Source: Candidatus Levyibacteriota bacterium
GTDB lineage: Bacteria; Patescibacteriota; Microgenomatia; Levybacterales; UBA12049
Assembly: GCA_018061075.1 (NCBI GenBank)
Contig: JAGOUW010000003.1
Coordinates: forward strand, 4,301 to 68,300
DNA length: 64,000 nucleotides
Direction: 5' to 3'
Part shown: in pieces, positions 53,290-63,400 of the stretch
Layout of the letters: each line of letters begins with the position of its first letter
Position numbering within the stretch: position 1 is the first letter of the stretch
Notes under the pieces: generated by a model
What the model was told of the DNA's origin: nothing
The model's database searches: none
What the model saw: only the letters and a program-made list of their open reading frames with translations
Translations under genes and position numbers: made by a program

Positions 53290-54081
53290 ATGAGCAATCG
53301 TTATGAAGAAGCGAACAAACTCCTCACTAAAGCAAGCAAACTTAACGTAAATGGATTTCCGGAAAAGTCAATCAAGGTTTATCTAGAAGCTGCCAAACTC
53401 ACACCCAAAAACCCAAATATCTACGCAGGACTTGGCACAGCTTTTTCGAGGCTTGAGAAGTGGGATGAAGCAATAACATCATATAAAAAGGCACTCTCAA
53501 TCGATCCTACGTTTTCGGACGCAGCTTATGATCTGGCGGTTTTATTTCAAAGCTTAGATAGACTGAAGGAATCTTTTGAGTATTTTAAACTTGTAATCAA
53601 ACTTTATCCCTCACATACAGATGCATATATGGGTTTAGCACAGATATCCTCCTCTCTAGGAAAAGTCGCAACTTCCATAAAAGCATATGAAAAAGTACTT
53701 TTGCTTAATCCTACAAACACAGAAATAAGACAAGAAATCGCCTCACTTTCTATGAGAAATAAAGATTTTGCTAGGGCTGAAATATATTATAAAACCGTGC
53801 TTGAGTTGACTCCAAATGACGCACGTGTCCTCACAAATCTTGCAATAATTTACAAAGAACAGGGAAATTTAGCTAAATCAGCGCAAACTTTAAAAAAAGC
53901 TATAAAAATAAATCCTGATTTAGCTCACCTGCACTATACCCTGGCAGTCATTTACCGCGAAATGAATAAGCCTACCCTAGCATTAAAACAACTTAATATT
54001 GCATACAAAATTGACCCTAGCTTAAAGGAAGAGACAATTCCCCTGCGAATTAACAAAAAGCCTAAAAAACTCCATAATTAA
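53290..54081 (+). CDS. tetratricopeptide-repeat protein
   Basis: 263 aa with about 6 TPR units, for example WDEAITSYKKALSIDPTFSDAAYDLAVLF and NLAKSAQTLKKAIKINPDLAHLHYTLAVIY. Confidence 0.8.
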   Translation: MSNRYEEANKLLTKASKLNVNGFPEKSIKVYLEAAKLTPKNPNIYAGLGTAFSRLEKWDEAITSYKKALSIDPTFSDAAYDLAVLFQSLDRLKESFEYFKLVIKLYPSHTDAYMGLAQISSSLGKVATSIKAYEKVLLLNPTNTEIRQEIASLSMRNKDFARAEIYYKTVLELTPNDARVLTNLAIIYKEQGNLAKSAQTLKKAIKINPDLAHLHYTLAVIYREMNKPTLALKQLNIAYKIDPSLKEETIPLRINKKPKKLHN

Positions 54082-54092
54082 ACTTACAACAC

Positions 54093-54121
54093 TTGAGTGA
54101 ATCCCAAATTAAATTTATACT
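54093..54121 (+). promoter_or_regulatory. promoter TTGAGT-17-TATACT ending 7 nt before the ATG
   Basis: TTGAGT at 54093-54098, TATACT at 54116-54121, ATG at 54129. Confidence 0.5.
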
Positions 54122-54128
54122 AGTCTAA

Positions 54129-57100
54129 ATGGCAACAATAACAACAGACACATATCTTGACGGAGGCGTTGCTAGATCCGCAGGCGAAGCATGGACCATA
54201 AACTCAGGCGCGATATTCACAATAAGAACTGATACTAGATGGCACGCAAATGCACCAGCCTCTATGACCGGAACTCTTGGCGCTCAAACATGCAATGAAG
54301 GAGAAATCATCTATGACGGCAGGAATATTAGGTGGCTCCCTTTTGACACAGGCTCCGGAAACGTTCCTGCAATTGGCACAGATATTACTCAGGGAGGGGT
54401 AACATCAAGTTATCTTTTAGGAGTATACGCAAATTATACCTCGGCACCCACTGCAGTTGGCAATGCAATGCCTGCAAGCGGATTTATTAAATTCAGAGAA
54501 GTTGATGGATCTTTTACAACTGGCGCATTAACTGGAATAGGCGCAAGCGCCACAGGACCCGATGTTACGGGTTGGATAGAAATAGTTGCGGATGATGCAA
54601 CTACTATCACTCTCCCCCGCTTAGGAAGCCATACTATTCGAGGTGATTGGTTTTATCTCGATGATACTGATGGTACTGTAGGTCAAGTAATCCAAATTCC
54701 TACAAACGGGGGTGGTGCAAATACTTATTGTCCAGGTCTATGGATTGAAAACAGCACTCCAAACGCTGCTACTTACACATGGTCAGTAAATATAGTTACA
54801 GTTACATTAACATCCCATGGATACAAAGTCGGACAAACCATCGAAATTGATTTCACTTCCGGTGCAGGCACACCAAACGGCGCATATGAAATAACAACTG
54901 TAGCTTCAGCAAATGAATTTACTTTTGCATTAACTGGATCAGGAACTAGCGGTAACTGCACTATAACGTCATTTGAATATTGGCCTTCATTAAATGGCGC
55001 AACTAATGGCTGGGCAAGACAACACATAGGCGGCCCTTACACCAGCACTGATGTCAGGCAAAATTTTGTAAAAAGTATAGGATCAGGTCAAATTCAGATT
55101 GGCGAGGCTTCAGATTTATCTGCTACATATGCTAATGTTGCAGCACAATCAGGAACATATGTTTCAATAAATCACACATCTACTTATACCTGGGCAGATG
55201 ACATAGTTACCGTTACATATACAACCGGACACCTTCTCACAACAGGCCAGCAGGTAGGTCTTGATTTTACCTCGGGAGACGCAACAGCAGACGGCAATTA
55301 TACTATTACTGTCATCGATGCATACACTTACACTGTTCCCCTTGCTGGAAGTGGCACGGGTGGAAATGTCACTGCAAGACCTGGATATACCATAACATTT
55401 ACGGCCCACGCGCTAGGAGTTGGAGACACCGTTTACTGTGATTTTACAACCGGCGGCGGAGTGGATGGCGAATATACAATTTATGCTGTGACAAGCGCCA
55501 ATGCATATCTTATAGAAGCTCCGCTAACCACAGCACAAACAAGCGCAAACGTTTCAGTTTACTCAAGGTATGCTATTTCTTTTACGGCACATGCACTTGC
55601 TTTAGGAAACCGAGTCTACCTAGATTTTACAACAGGCGCCGGAGTTGATGGTATTTATACTATCGTTGCAATACCCGATGCAAATACTTTTCATGTCGTA
55701 GCAAATAATGGGGCTTCTGCCGACTCCGGAAATGTAACAGTTAAACAAACCATTGGGAATATTCCTGCTTCAGGACTACGAACTAGAATTCCAAATGTTT
55801 TCCTGAGAGGATGCACTACTGCAGCTAGAGCATCAAACAATGTCCATGCAACAATTGCATCACGCGCTGAATGGGCCACTACAACAGCAGGTGCACTTGA
55901 CTTAGAATATGCTTACTCCACCTGGTATCACAACTACGCCCAAGCGTTCTCAGTAAAGCTTCATAACGGTGCTTACCTAGATTCTTTAATCATCACAGAG
56001 TGTGCATCAGCGCTTGACATAAATAATTTTAACTCAAGCATGCATGGTGGACTTGATGCAGTTACCCTAACATTAACTTCAAATTTTGCAGGTGGAAATA
56101 TAAAAAACTCAAAGTTCAAAAGAGGTAATACTCCCGGCAGTAATGATCACTGCATAAGCATTTCATTCTGCGCTAACATTACATTCAGCTTTATTGAAGC
56201 TGCCATTATTCAATATGCAAGAGGCTCAGGTAAATCCATAACTATGACCTCAAGTCTAAATCTGACATTTAATAACTGTCGAATTTTTACAAGTGATTTT
56301 CCTGTCATATCCTCTTTTGGAATTAGAGTTAATGACCTCGATATAGTGGATAGAAACATTGGATATACAAATGTTACTTCTGCATATTATTCTATAAATA
56401 TTACTGCGATGAGCGATGACATCGTAGTCGATGGCATTACCTACGGATACGAAGGTTTAATCCCAAATGTACACTCAGCTGCTGGTGTACTTGTATGCTC
56501 AGCCTCCTCGGATATAGTCATAAGAAATGTGGGCTCACATTCGAATAGAATAAGCGGAGGGTCGTGGAGACCAAATCTATATGGCATGGCTGTTGTATTT
56601 GTATCCGGCGGAAATAACAACAACATAAAACTTCAGAGAGTTTACTTAGATAAAAACAGAACGGGAGTAATTACTACAATTAACTCAGATAAGAATATGA
56701 CCTATGAATCTGTCATGGGAACTAGATACGTATATAGCGCAATGGCAACCTATCTTCAAATCGACGCAGGTCTTAATTCAAATATGAAAGGCTTTGGAGC
56801 TGGAGCAAATACAGTTACCGGACAATCATCTGTCTACGGAACACATTTCAGGGATCTATTCTTGGGAGATACCTCGGGAAGATTGGTCCTTGCGATGAAC
56901 GAATCAACCTCAGAAACAGAAAATTACTTCACGATGGTAAGTGGTACAGAAAAATTCAACTCCGCTGGTGGAATACTCATGGGCGTAATTGGCGATCAAG
57001 CTATTTGGGAGGACAGTGTTTTTCGATTAGGCCATACTGGATTTGCAAATGTAACACCAACAATGTCCGGCGGAACAATCGGAAACTACACAGTTGAGTA

Positions 57101-57785
57101 CCAAATTGATTCGGGCTCTGGATTCAGCGGTTCATGGGCTACAGCTACAGGCGCAAACCTATCTGCCGAATCCATAAGTCCATCTGGATTCAAAATGAAA
57201 GTTAGAATAACTACTACCTCAACTAATGCGACAGCTATTACCTATCTTAGATTCGATACGATTTCAAGCTCAAGTGCACAAGCTGATAATCTCTATACGC
57301 TTGATACAGCGACTATTACCTTAACTAACTTAATACCCGGCTCAAGATATGAAATCTACAACACTTCGTCTTCCACAACTATCACGAACGCAATTGCTGC
57401 TGCCAGTACTGCTACCATTACTGCATCCGCTTCGAATGGCGACAACCTTCGCATTCGAATTAGAAAATCCATAGATACTACTCAGGCGTCCACATACACA
57501 TGGTCTGCAAGTGTAGTTGAGGTCACTTTTGCTTCACATGGCCGATATGTCGGCGAGCCCGTGGATCTCGAATTCACATCAGGAGATGGAATGGGGCAAG
57601 ACGGAATCTATACTATAGCCTCTGTTCCCTCCTCATCCACATATACCGTTTCAGTCTCAGGATCAGGTACTGGAGGAAATGTTAGCGCGACACCTGTCAA
57701 ATACCTGCCTATTGAAACCGGAGCTATTATAGATAATCTTTCTGCAAGTGCTTATATTTCTCAGATAGAAGATATCATTGCATAA
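54129..57785 (+). CDS. large (1218 aa) beta-helix/tailspike-like protein with no signal peptide and five copies of a roughly 60-aa module
   Basis: Module copies start at 54774, 55185, 55386, 55569 and 57495. The pattern is YTW..(I/V)VTVT...HG...G..V.(L/I)DFT(S/T)G.G..G.YTI..V.....(F/Y)T......G(S/T)GGN(V/C)(T/S). The central region (about 55800-56700) has beta-helix-like rungs (NIKNSKFKRGN, CISISFCANITFSFIEA, LNLTFNNCRIF). No N-terminal hydrophobic segment is present. Confidence 0.65.
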   Translation: MATITTDTYLDGGVARSAGEAWTINSGAIFTIRTDTRWHANAPASMTGTLGAQTCNEGEIIYDGRNIRWLPFDTGSGNVPAIGTDITQGGVTSSYLLGVYANYTSAPTAVGNAMPASGFIKFREVDGSFTTGALTGIGASATGPDVTGWIEIVADDATTITLPRLGSHTIRGDWFYLDDTDGTVGQVIQIPTNGGGANTYCPGLWIENSTPNAATYTWSVNIVTVTLTSHGYKVGQTIEIDFTSGAGTPNGAYEITTVASANEFTFALTGSGTSGNCTITSFEYWPSLNGATNGWARQHIGGPYTSTDVRQNFVKSIGSGQIQIGEASDLSATYANVAAQSGTYVSINHTSTYTWADDIVTVTYTTGHLLTTGQQVGLDFTSGDATADGNYTITVIDAYTYTVPLAGSGTGGNVTARPGYTITFTAHALGVGDTVYCDFTTGGGVDGEYTIYAVTSANAYLIEAPLTTAQTSANVSVYSRYAISFTAHALALGNRVYLDFTTGAGVDGIYTIVAIPDANTFHVVANNGASADSGNVTVKQTIGNIPASGLRTRIPNVFLRGCTTAARASNNVHATIASRAEWATTTAGALDLEYAYSTWYHNYAQAFSVKLHNGAYLDSLIITECASALDINNFNSSMHGGLDAVTLTLTSNFAGGNIKNSKFKRGNTPGSNDHCISISFCANITFSFIEAAIIQYARGSGKSITMTSSLNLTFNNCRIFTSDFPVISSFGIRVNDLDIVDRNIGYTNVTSAYYSINITAMSDDIVVDGITYGYEGLIPNVHSAAGVLVCSASSDIVIRNVGSHSNRISGGSWRPNLYGMAVVFVSGGNNNNIKLQRVYLDKNRTGVITTINSDKNMTYESVMGTRYVYSAMATYLQIDAGLNSNMKGFGAGANTVTGQSSVYGTHFRDLFLGDTSGRLVLAMNESTSETENYFTMVSGTEKFNSAGGILMGVIGDQAIWEDSVFRLGHTGFANVTPTMSGGTIGNYTVEYQIDSGSGFSGSWATATGANLSAESISPSGFKMKVRITTTSTNATAITYLRFDTISSSSAQADNLYTLDTATITLTNLIPGSRYEIYNTSSSTTITNAIAAASTATITASASNGDNLRIRIRKSIDTTQASTYTWSASVVEVTFASHGRYVGEPVDLEFTSGDGMGQDGIYTIASVPSSSTYTVSVSGSGTGGNVSATPVKYLPIETGAIIDNLSASAYISQIEDIIA

Positions 57786-57790
57786 TATAT

Positions 57791-58174
57791 TTAATTCTTC
57801 TCAACCGCAGATCTTATTTTTTTTACTAAATCACTAAGAGATAGCTCACTTTTTAAAATATAATCATTTGCTCCCATTTCTTTAGCTTTTACAATATACT
57901 GCTCTTGACCTAAATTTGTAGCTACGAATACATGTATTTTTGATAATTTCTTGTCTTTTTTAAGCTCTTTTAGCACCTCGAAGCCATTCTTAACAGGCAT
58001 TACCAAATCCAAAATAATTACATCTGGAATAAAAGTTTTTAGAATTTCAAGCGCTTCTTCCCCATTAAATGCAAATTTACAGATAAATCCTTCGCTTTCA
58101 AACTTTGCTTGATAAGCGCCTGAAATGAATTTATCATCCTCAACTACCAATACAGATATCTTTGAAGTACTCAT
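57791..58174 (-). CDS. stand-alone receiver-domain response regulator (CheY-like)
   Basis: 127 aa. It has VLVVEDDKF, a phospho-acceptor in DVIILDLVMP and the K in ILKSE. Confidence 0.85.
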   Translation of the reverse strand: MSTSKISVLVVEDDKFISGAYQAKFESEGFICKFAFNGEEALEILKTFIPDVIILDLVMPVKNGFEVLKELKKDKKLSKIHVFVATNLGQEQYIVKAKEMGANDYILKSELSLSDLVKKIRSAVEKN

Positions 58175-58184
58175 AAAAGAGAAA

Positions 58185-58574
58185 TTAGAGTTCGTTTTTT
58201 ATTTCGTGAATTCTATTTACTAAATCCTTTAATGAAAGCCTACTTTTAACTACATATTCGTCAACATTTAAATCACGGGCTTTTAGGATATTATTCTCTC
58301 CTTCAAGATTTGTGGCCATAATCACTGGAATATCAGCCCATTTTTTGTTTTTTTGAATTTTTTTTAGAACACTGAATCCATCGCTTCTAGGCATCAGGAT
58401 ATCAAGAATAATAACATCTGGAGTATATTTTTTAAGTAAATCTATAGCCTCTACGCCATCATGAGCAAATTTTACCTTAAATCCCTCACTCTCAAATTTG
58501 GCTTGATATGCTCTGGAAATAAATTTATCATCTTCAACAGCCAAAACACGGATTGATCTTGAGGTCATATACAT
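58185..58574 (-). CDS. stand-alone receiver-domain response regulator (CheY-like), paralogue of 57791-58174
   Basis: 129 aa. It has VLAVEDDKFISRAYQAKFESEGF and DVIILDILMP. By eye it is about half identical to its neighbour. Confidence 0.85.
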   Translation of the reverse strand: MYMTSRSIRVLAVEDDKFISRAYQAKFESEGFKVKFAHDGVEAIDLLKKYTPDVIILDILMPRSDGFSVLKKIQKNKKWADIPVIMATNLEGENNILKARDLNVDEYVVKSRLSLKDLVNRIHEIKNEL

Positions 58575-58601
58575 AAAATTACCATAATTTTTTAAATAGA
58601 T

Positions 58602-60278
58602 CTAGGACTTAAAAATTGGCAGACTAATTTTAAAAGTAGTACCTTTATTCTTTTGGCTTGTAAAACTAATAAAGCCCCCGCATTCCTTCACTATACTTTT
58701 TGTAATATAAAGTCCTAACCCATTCCCCTCTATGTCCCTACTCTCAATATTATTTCCTCGATAGAACTTCTGGAACACTCTTTTTTTTTCATTTACAGAA
58801 ATCCCATATCCAAAATCAATCACTTTTATAATTACAAAAACCTCTTTATTTGTGATATTTACATTCAATTTTCCGTCTACTGGAGAATATTTAACAGCAT
58901 TATCTATTAGATTTAAAAAAGCTTGAGAAATAAATTTAGGGTCTAAATAAACTTTACCTTTAAATGTGTTTGAGTATGTCAATTTAATCTTTTTAGAATT
59001 AATTTTGGGCTTTAGATCCTCAATTACATGAGTTAAAATTTCATCCAAATCGATAATTTGAGGATTCATATTTAGCTTCCCTAGTTCGATTTTTGAAACA
59101 TCCAATAATGCATTCACAAGCCCAATCATTCTTTCGTTTGATTCGTTAATATTCTTTACGATTTCAGTTTGTTTTTTGTTTAATTTTCCAAAACTTTCAT
59201 CTAACATCAGCTCCAAAAACATTTTCATACCTGACAACGGAGTACGCAATTGATGCGAAGCAGTGGATACGAATTCTGTTTTCTGTATATCCAGATTCCG
59301 CAAAACCTCAACCTCCTTTACTAAAAAGAGATTGCCTATCTTCCATGAAATTAAAATAACAAGTCCCGATGTAATGAGTAAAAAAACTAAACTTAACACC
59401 AGTGCTTTGTTTGCATCCTGAAAAATTAAATCATATGGAATACCAACTATCACATTGGCATTTAACTCTTCAGCTTCTGCCAATCGATTCAGGGCATACA
59501 ATCTTCTCACGCCATCAACTCCTCTAACGTCAGCTGTGGTGGCATCTTCGCTTAAAGCTATTAATGACTCATCAGGAAATCTTCTGCCTACCCATTTTTC
59601 AGATTCACTACTTCTAGCAAGAATTGTTCCATTTCTATCAAGAAGTGAAAATATACTTCCCTTTTCCAGACTACTGCTTGAAATAAACTCATTTACCCAG
59701 GATAAATCCAATGAAGAAAAAACTACTCCCGTTATCAAACCATCAGAATTAGTTATGGGATGACCAAAATTTAGCACCGGTTTTTTAGAAATCTGGCCTA
59801 TTTGAAACTCCCCTACGGCAAATTTTTTCCCTGAATATGCTTTCTTAAAAAATTCCCTATTCTTTACATTTACAATTTCAGCGCTTGTTACCGAACTACA
59901 TATAACATTTCCATTTATATCAGCGACTCCAAAATTTGCATATCTTTTATAATTTAAAATTAGCTCGCTTAAATATGTATTACATGAACTTGCGTCCAGA
60001 TTCTTAATCGGAGCTGTAGAAGAAAGACTAATTAAAAGCTGTCTTGCTCCCTCAACAGTTTGACTTTGTTCAGCAGAAAAAGTATTTGTGACTTGCCTTA
60101 GATGATTCAATGAACCGTCCTTCGCGGATTTGTATTGGTTAATTATATTTAAGGAAATAATAATTATAGAAGGGATAATTATTATTAATATTAATAATCC
60201 TAGCTTAATTCGGATGTCTAGAATTTCATTCTTTAACTTTTGAAAAGATTTAAATCTTTGCATAAAACTTACGGCCAT
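58602..60278 (-). CDS. sensor histidine kinase with an extracytoplasmic Cache-like sensor between two TM helices
   Basis: 558 aa. TM1 is LGLLILIIIIPSIIIISLNII. The sensor contains VADINGNVICSS...REFFKKAYSGKKFAVGEF...VLNFGHPI. TM2 is ALVLSLVFLLITSGLVILISW. The H-box is VSTASHQLRTPLSG, followed by N and G boxes. Confidence 0.85.
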   Translation of the reverse strand: MAVSFMQRFKSFQKLKNEILDIRIKLGLLILIIIIPSIIIISLNIINQYKSAKDGSLNHLRQVTNTFSAEQSQTVEGARQLLISLSSTAPIKNLDASSCNTYLSELILNYKRYANFGVADINGNVICSSVTSAEIVNVKNREFFKKAYSGKKFAVGEFQIGQISKKPVLNFGHPITNSDGLITGVVFSSLDLSWVNEFISSSSLEKGSIFSLLDRNGTILARSSESEKWVGRRFPDESLIALSEDATTADVRGVDGVRRLYALNRLAEAEELNANVIVGIPYDLIFQDANKALVLSLVFLLITSGLVILISWKIGNLFLVKEVEVLRNLDIQKTEFVSTASHQLRTPLSGMKMFLELMLDESFGKLNKKQTEIVKNINESNERMIGLVNALLDVSKIELGKLNMNPQIIDLDEILTHVIEDLKPKINSKKIKLTYSNTFKGKVYLDPKFISQAFLNLIDNAVKYSPVDGKLNVNITNKEVFVIIKVIDFGYGISVNEKKRVFQKFYRGNNIESRDIEGNGLGLYITKSIVKECGGFISFTSQKNKGTTFKISLPIFKS

Positions 60279-60492
60279 AATAGACTAAATTTAAGACATG
60301 TTCAAGATTAACAGCGCTTTGTATATTATTTATCATGCTAGGGAAATATACCGTTTTTACCCTTAAATATCATTGACTTTTATGACTCTAAAAGGATAAA
60401 TTAGATATAATATGTCTTCATACCAGGGTATTAAGATCCCCTATCTATTTAGTGTTAAAAATCTCGGCAATTCCCTGGAGGATCTCATCTAA

Positions 60493-63400
60493 ATGGCCAG
60501 CATAACAGTCGACAGAAGCATAAATGCTGACGATGCCTTTGCAATGTCAGCAGGAATTGCCTTCGTTGCTCTTCCATCAGGATCAGCAACTTATCAAACC
60601 CAAGCAACTGGAATCACTACCTGGGTAACTGCCACAATTGTTCAGTCCTCTGCATGGCAGGCTGTTTGTTATGGAAATAATCTAGTGGTGGCTGTAAGCT
60701 CTACTTCAGGCACAATTGCTGCTTCTTCTCCCGCAGGAGCCACTACTACATGGACTCTTAGAACCATGCCTGCGACAGCCTCGTGGTACGCAGTCAAATA
60801 TGGCCTCGATAAATTTGTAGCCACTGCAGGAGGAGGCTCAACTGAAGGAGCATATTCTCCGGACGGTGCTAAATGGACATCCACTGGAGCACTGCCAGTA
60901 AGTGGCGACTGGAGAGCTTTAGAATTTGGAGGATCACGCTTTGTAACTGTTTCATATGGAAGCACTGACTCTGCATATTCTACGAATGGCACAACCTGGA
61001 CTGCAGGAGGAGCACTTCCCGCAGCGAGGAACTGGACCGACATGGTTTATGGTGAAAGTACGTTTGTGGCTATAGCATCAGGCACGGATAAGGGTGCATA
61101 TTCCACAGACGGAGGTGTCAGCTGGAATGAAATGACTATGCCCTCTTCCACCAACTGGCGATCAATTACCTATGGAAACGGTACTTTTGTAGCTGTAAGC
61201 AATACTTCAGGAACTATCGCTGCATCATCCCCTGATGGAATTACCTGGACTCCAAGAACCCTACCAGCAACTGCCGCCTGGGTGGGAGTTGCTTTTGGTA
61301 ATAATCTTTTTACCGCTGTCTCGACTTCCTCAACCAATGCAGCTACAAGTCCTGATGGATTCAATTGGGATGCTATTGCTCAGCTTTCACAGGCTGTCTC
61401 CTGTATCGCCTACACTCCTACCACGTGGAATTCAAACGACACACTCGTTATCACTAATAACGCAACAGTAACTGTAAATACTGACCAGAAGAAATTCTGG
61501 AATGCGATAACTCTTACAAACGGAAAACTTCACATCACTAATAACTCAACCAGTACAGGAATCCGCTTTACCATGGGACGCGTTACTGGTGCTGCACAAG
61601 CGGCCATCACGCCTGGATCAGGAATTGGAGATATAGAAATAACCGGAAATTGGATAGAGCTAGGTACGGGTGACGGAAGTTCAAATCAAACCATGACTGC
61701 CCCATTTACTGACTACATTCCTTGTCTTTGGGTAGAAACAGCATCGGGGTCTGGAGTATATAAAGTTTGGTTAAATATTACGAGCGCATACGGCGACACG
61801 CCTCCGATGGTTAAAAATGGCCTTGCAGCAGTCAGTAAAGATGAAAGGGGTAATTTTTTTGTTCAACAGGAAGCATCTGCGCCATACGGTCCTACTATCA
61901 TTAATTGCACAGATGGAAGTCGCGCCCAAAGACTCCTAACCGTTACCTCAACAACTGGGCTTTTTGCTGGAGCATCAGTTTTAAGTGTTTCCGGAATTCC
62001 GGTAAACACAGTAGTTAATCGTGTAGTTTCTTCTACCCAAATTGAAATTAATAATCAGACAACTACGGAAATTTCGCCAGACTGGTCAGGTGTCGCATAT
62101 GGAAATAGCACTTATGTCGCCATTTCAAAAGGATATTCAAATATAGCGGCCACCTCCTCTGATGGAGCAACCTGGACAAAAAGAACGCTTCCTTTTGTAG
62201 CTGACTGGACATCAATCACTTATGGATCTACCAGCGGACTATTTGTGGCAGTTGCTGCACACGGTGTTTACGGGACAGGATATTGCGCTACTTCAACTGA
62301 TGGAATTACCTGGACTCAGCGAGCAATGCCTGCCGTACAAAGCTGGACTTCAGTAGCAACAAACGGAACAAGTTATGTCGCTGTCGGAAGTACTGCGGCT
62401 GATGCTGCTACTACTATTGGCGCATACTCAGCAGACGGAATTACCTGGACAGCCTCCACCATGACTTCCGCAATCTGGCGCTCAGTCACTTACGGAGCAG
62501 GTGCTGCAAATAGATATGTGGCTGTCTCCTCTACTACACTTTCTAACTGGGACGCAGATGGAACAGGCACATGGACAAATGGAGGCGCAATGACTTCAGC
62601 TAATTATTTAAGTATTGCTTGGAACGGTACACGGTTTTATGCAGTATCCGGTTCAAGCACTGTATCAATGTATTCAACTAACGCTGTAGCTTGGACTACT
62701 GGCGCAGTGCTTGCAAACACTACAAGCAGAGGTGTCGCTTGGGATGGAACAAATTTTGTCATAGTCTCAACCACCAACTCTGTAAATACATCTCGAACAC
62801 CTGACGGAAGCACTGCAGTAACTAACACCACTATGGCAGCTGCAAATGCAAATAACTGGTGGGCCATCTGCGCAAATGGCTCCACATTAGTAGCTGTTTC
62901 AAGCTCTTCAAACTTAAGAAGCGCAGCTATGACCTCTACAGATTCCGGAGCCAATTGGACACTTCAGACAGGAACTCCGATGGATGTTTCGCTTACTTGC
63001 TTTAATCCGTATGTCTCTCAGTTAACAAATACCGTGGAATTTGGAGATAACATAAATGGTAATAAAGTACCAACTGGTGCAAAAGTAAGATGTCCAAATA
63101 TCATGTTTACTGCAGACACTCCCGCAAACATACAAACCTCTTCACGACTAGTAGGAGCAAATATGGTCATGAGCAATGGAGGTGCACTTACAGCCTCTAT
63201 CTGTCTTTTTGATGAATCATACAACTCATTTCTCCAGGCAGAGTCTGTATCGCTTACAAATGTCGGATTCTCACTTCCTCCCCTGCTTCAAGAGTGCTAC
63301 GGAGTAAATTTAAATAGCGTAGGATTTGCACTGGAACCCGTAAGAAGGTACTACCAATTTTCAGCTACCGTGGGCGCAAATGGATGGTTTAGTAGGGATT

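Noticed and set aside
60412-60492. 26-codon upstream ORF (MSSYQGIKIPYLFSVKNLGNSLEDLI) ending with a TAA directly before the ATG of the large gene.
   Set aside because: Its ATG immediately follows a TATAAT box (60406-60411), so it would not be included in a transcript from that promoter. It also contains the GGAGGA SD of the downstream gene. It is more likely plain 5-prime UTR, although a coupling uORF cannot be excluded.
60669-63224. Minus-strand ORFs 60669-61043, 61170-61364, 62637-62954 and 63018-63224, and the plus-frame ORF 61235-61471.
   Set aside because: They overlap the unlisted plus-strand ORF 60493->64000, whose translation shows 13 regular Asp-box blades. The antisense products (A/V/P/E-rich) have no features. 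They exist because this stretch is more GC-rich.
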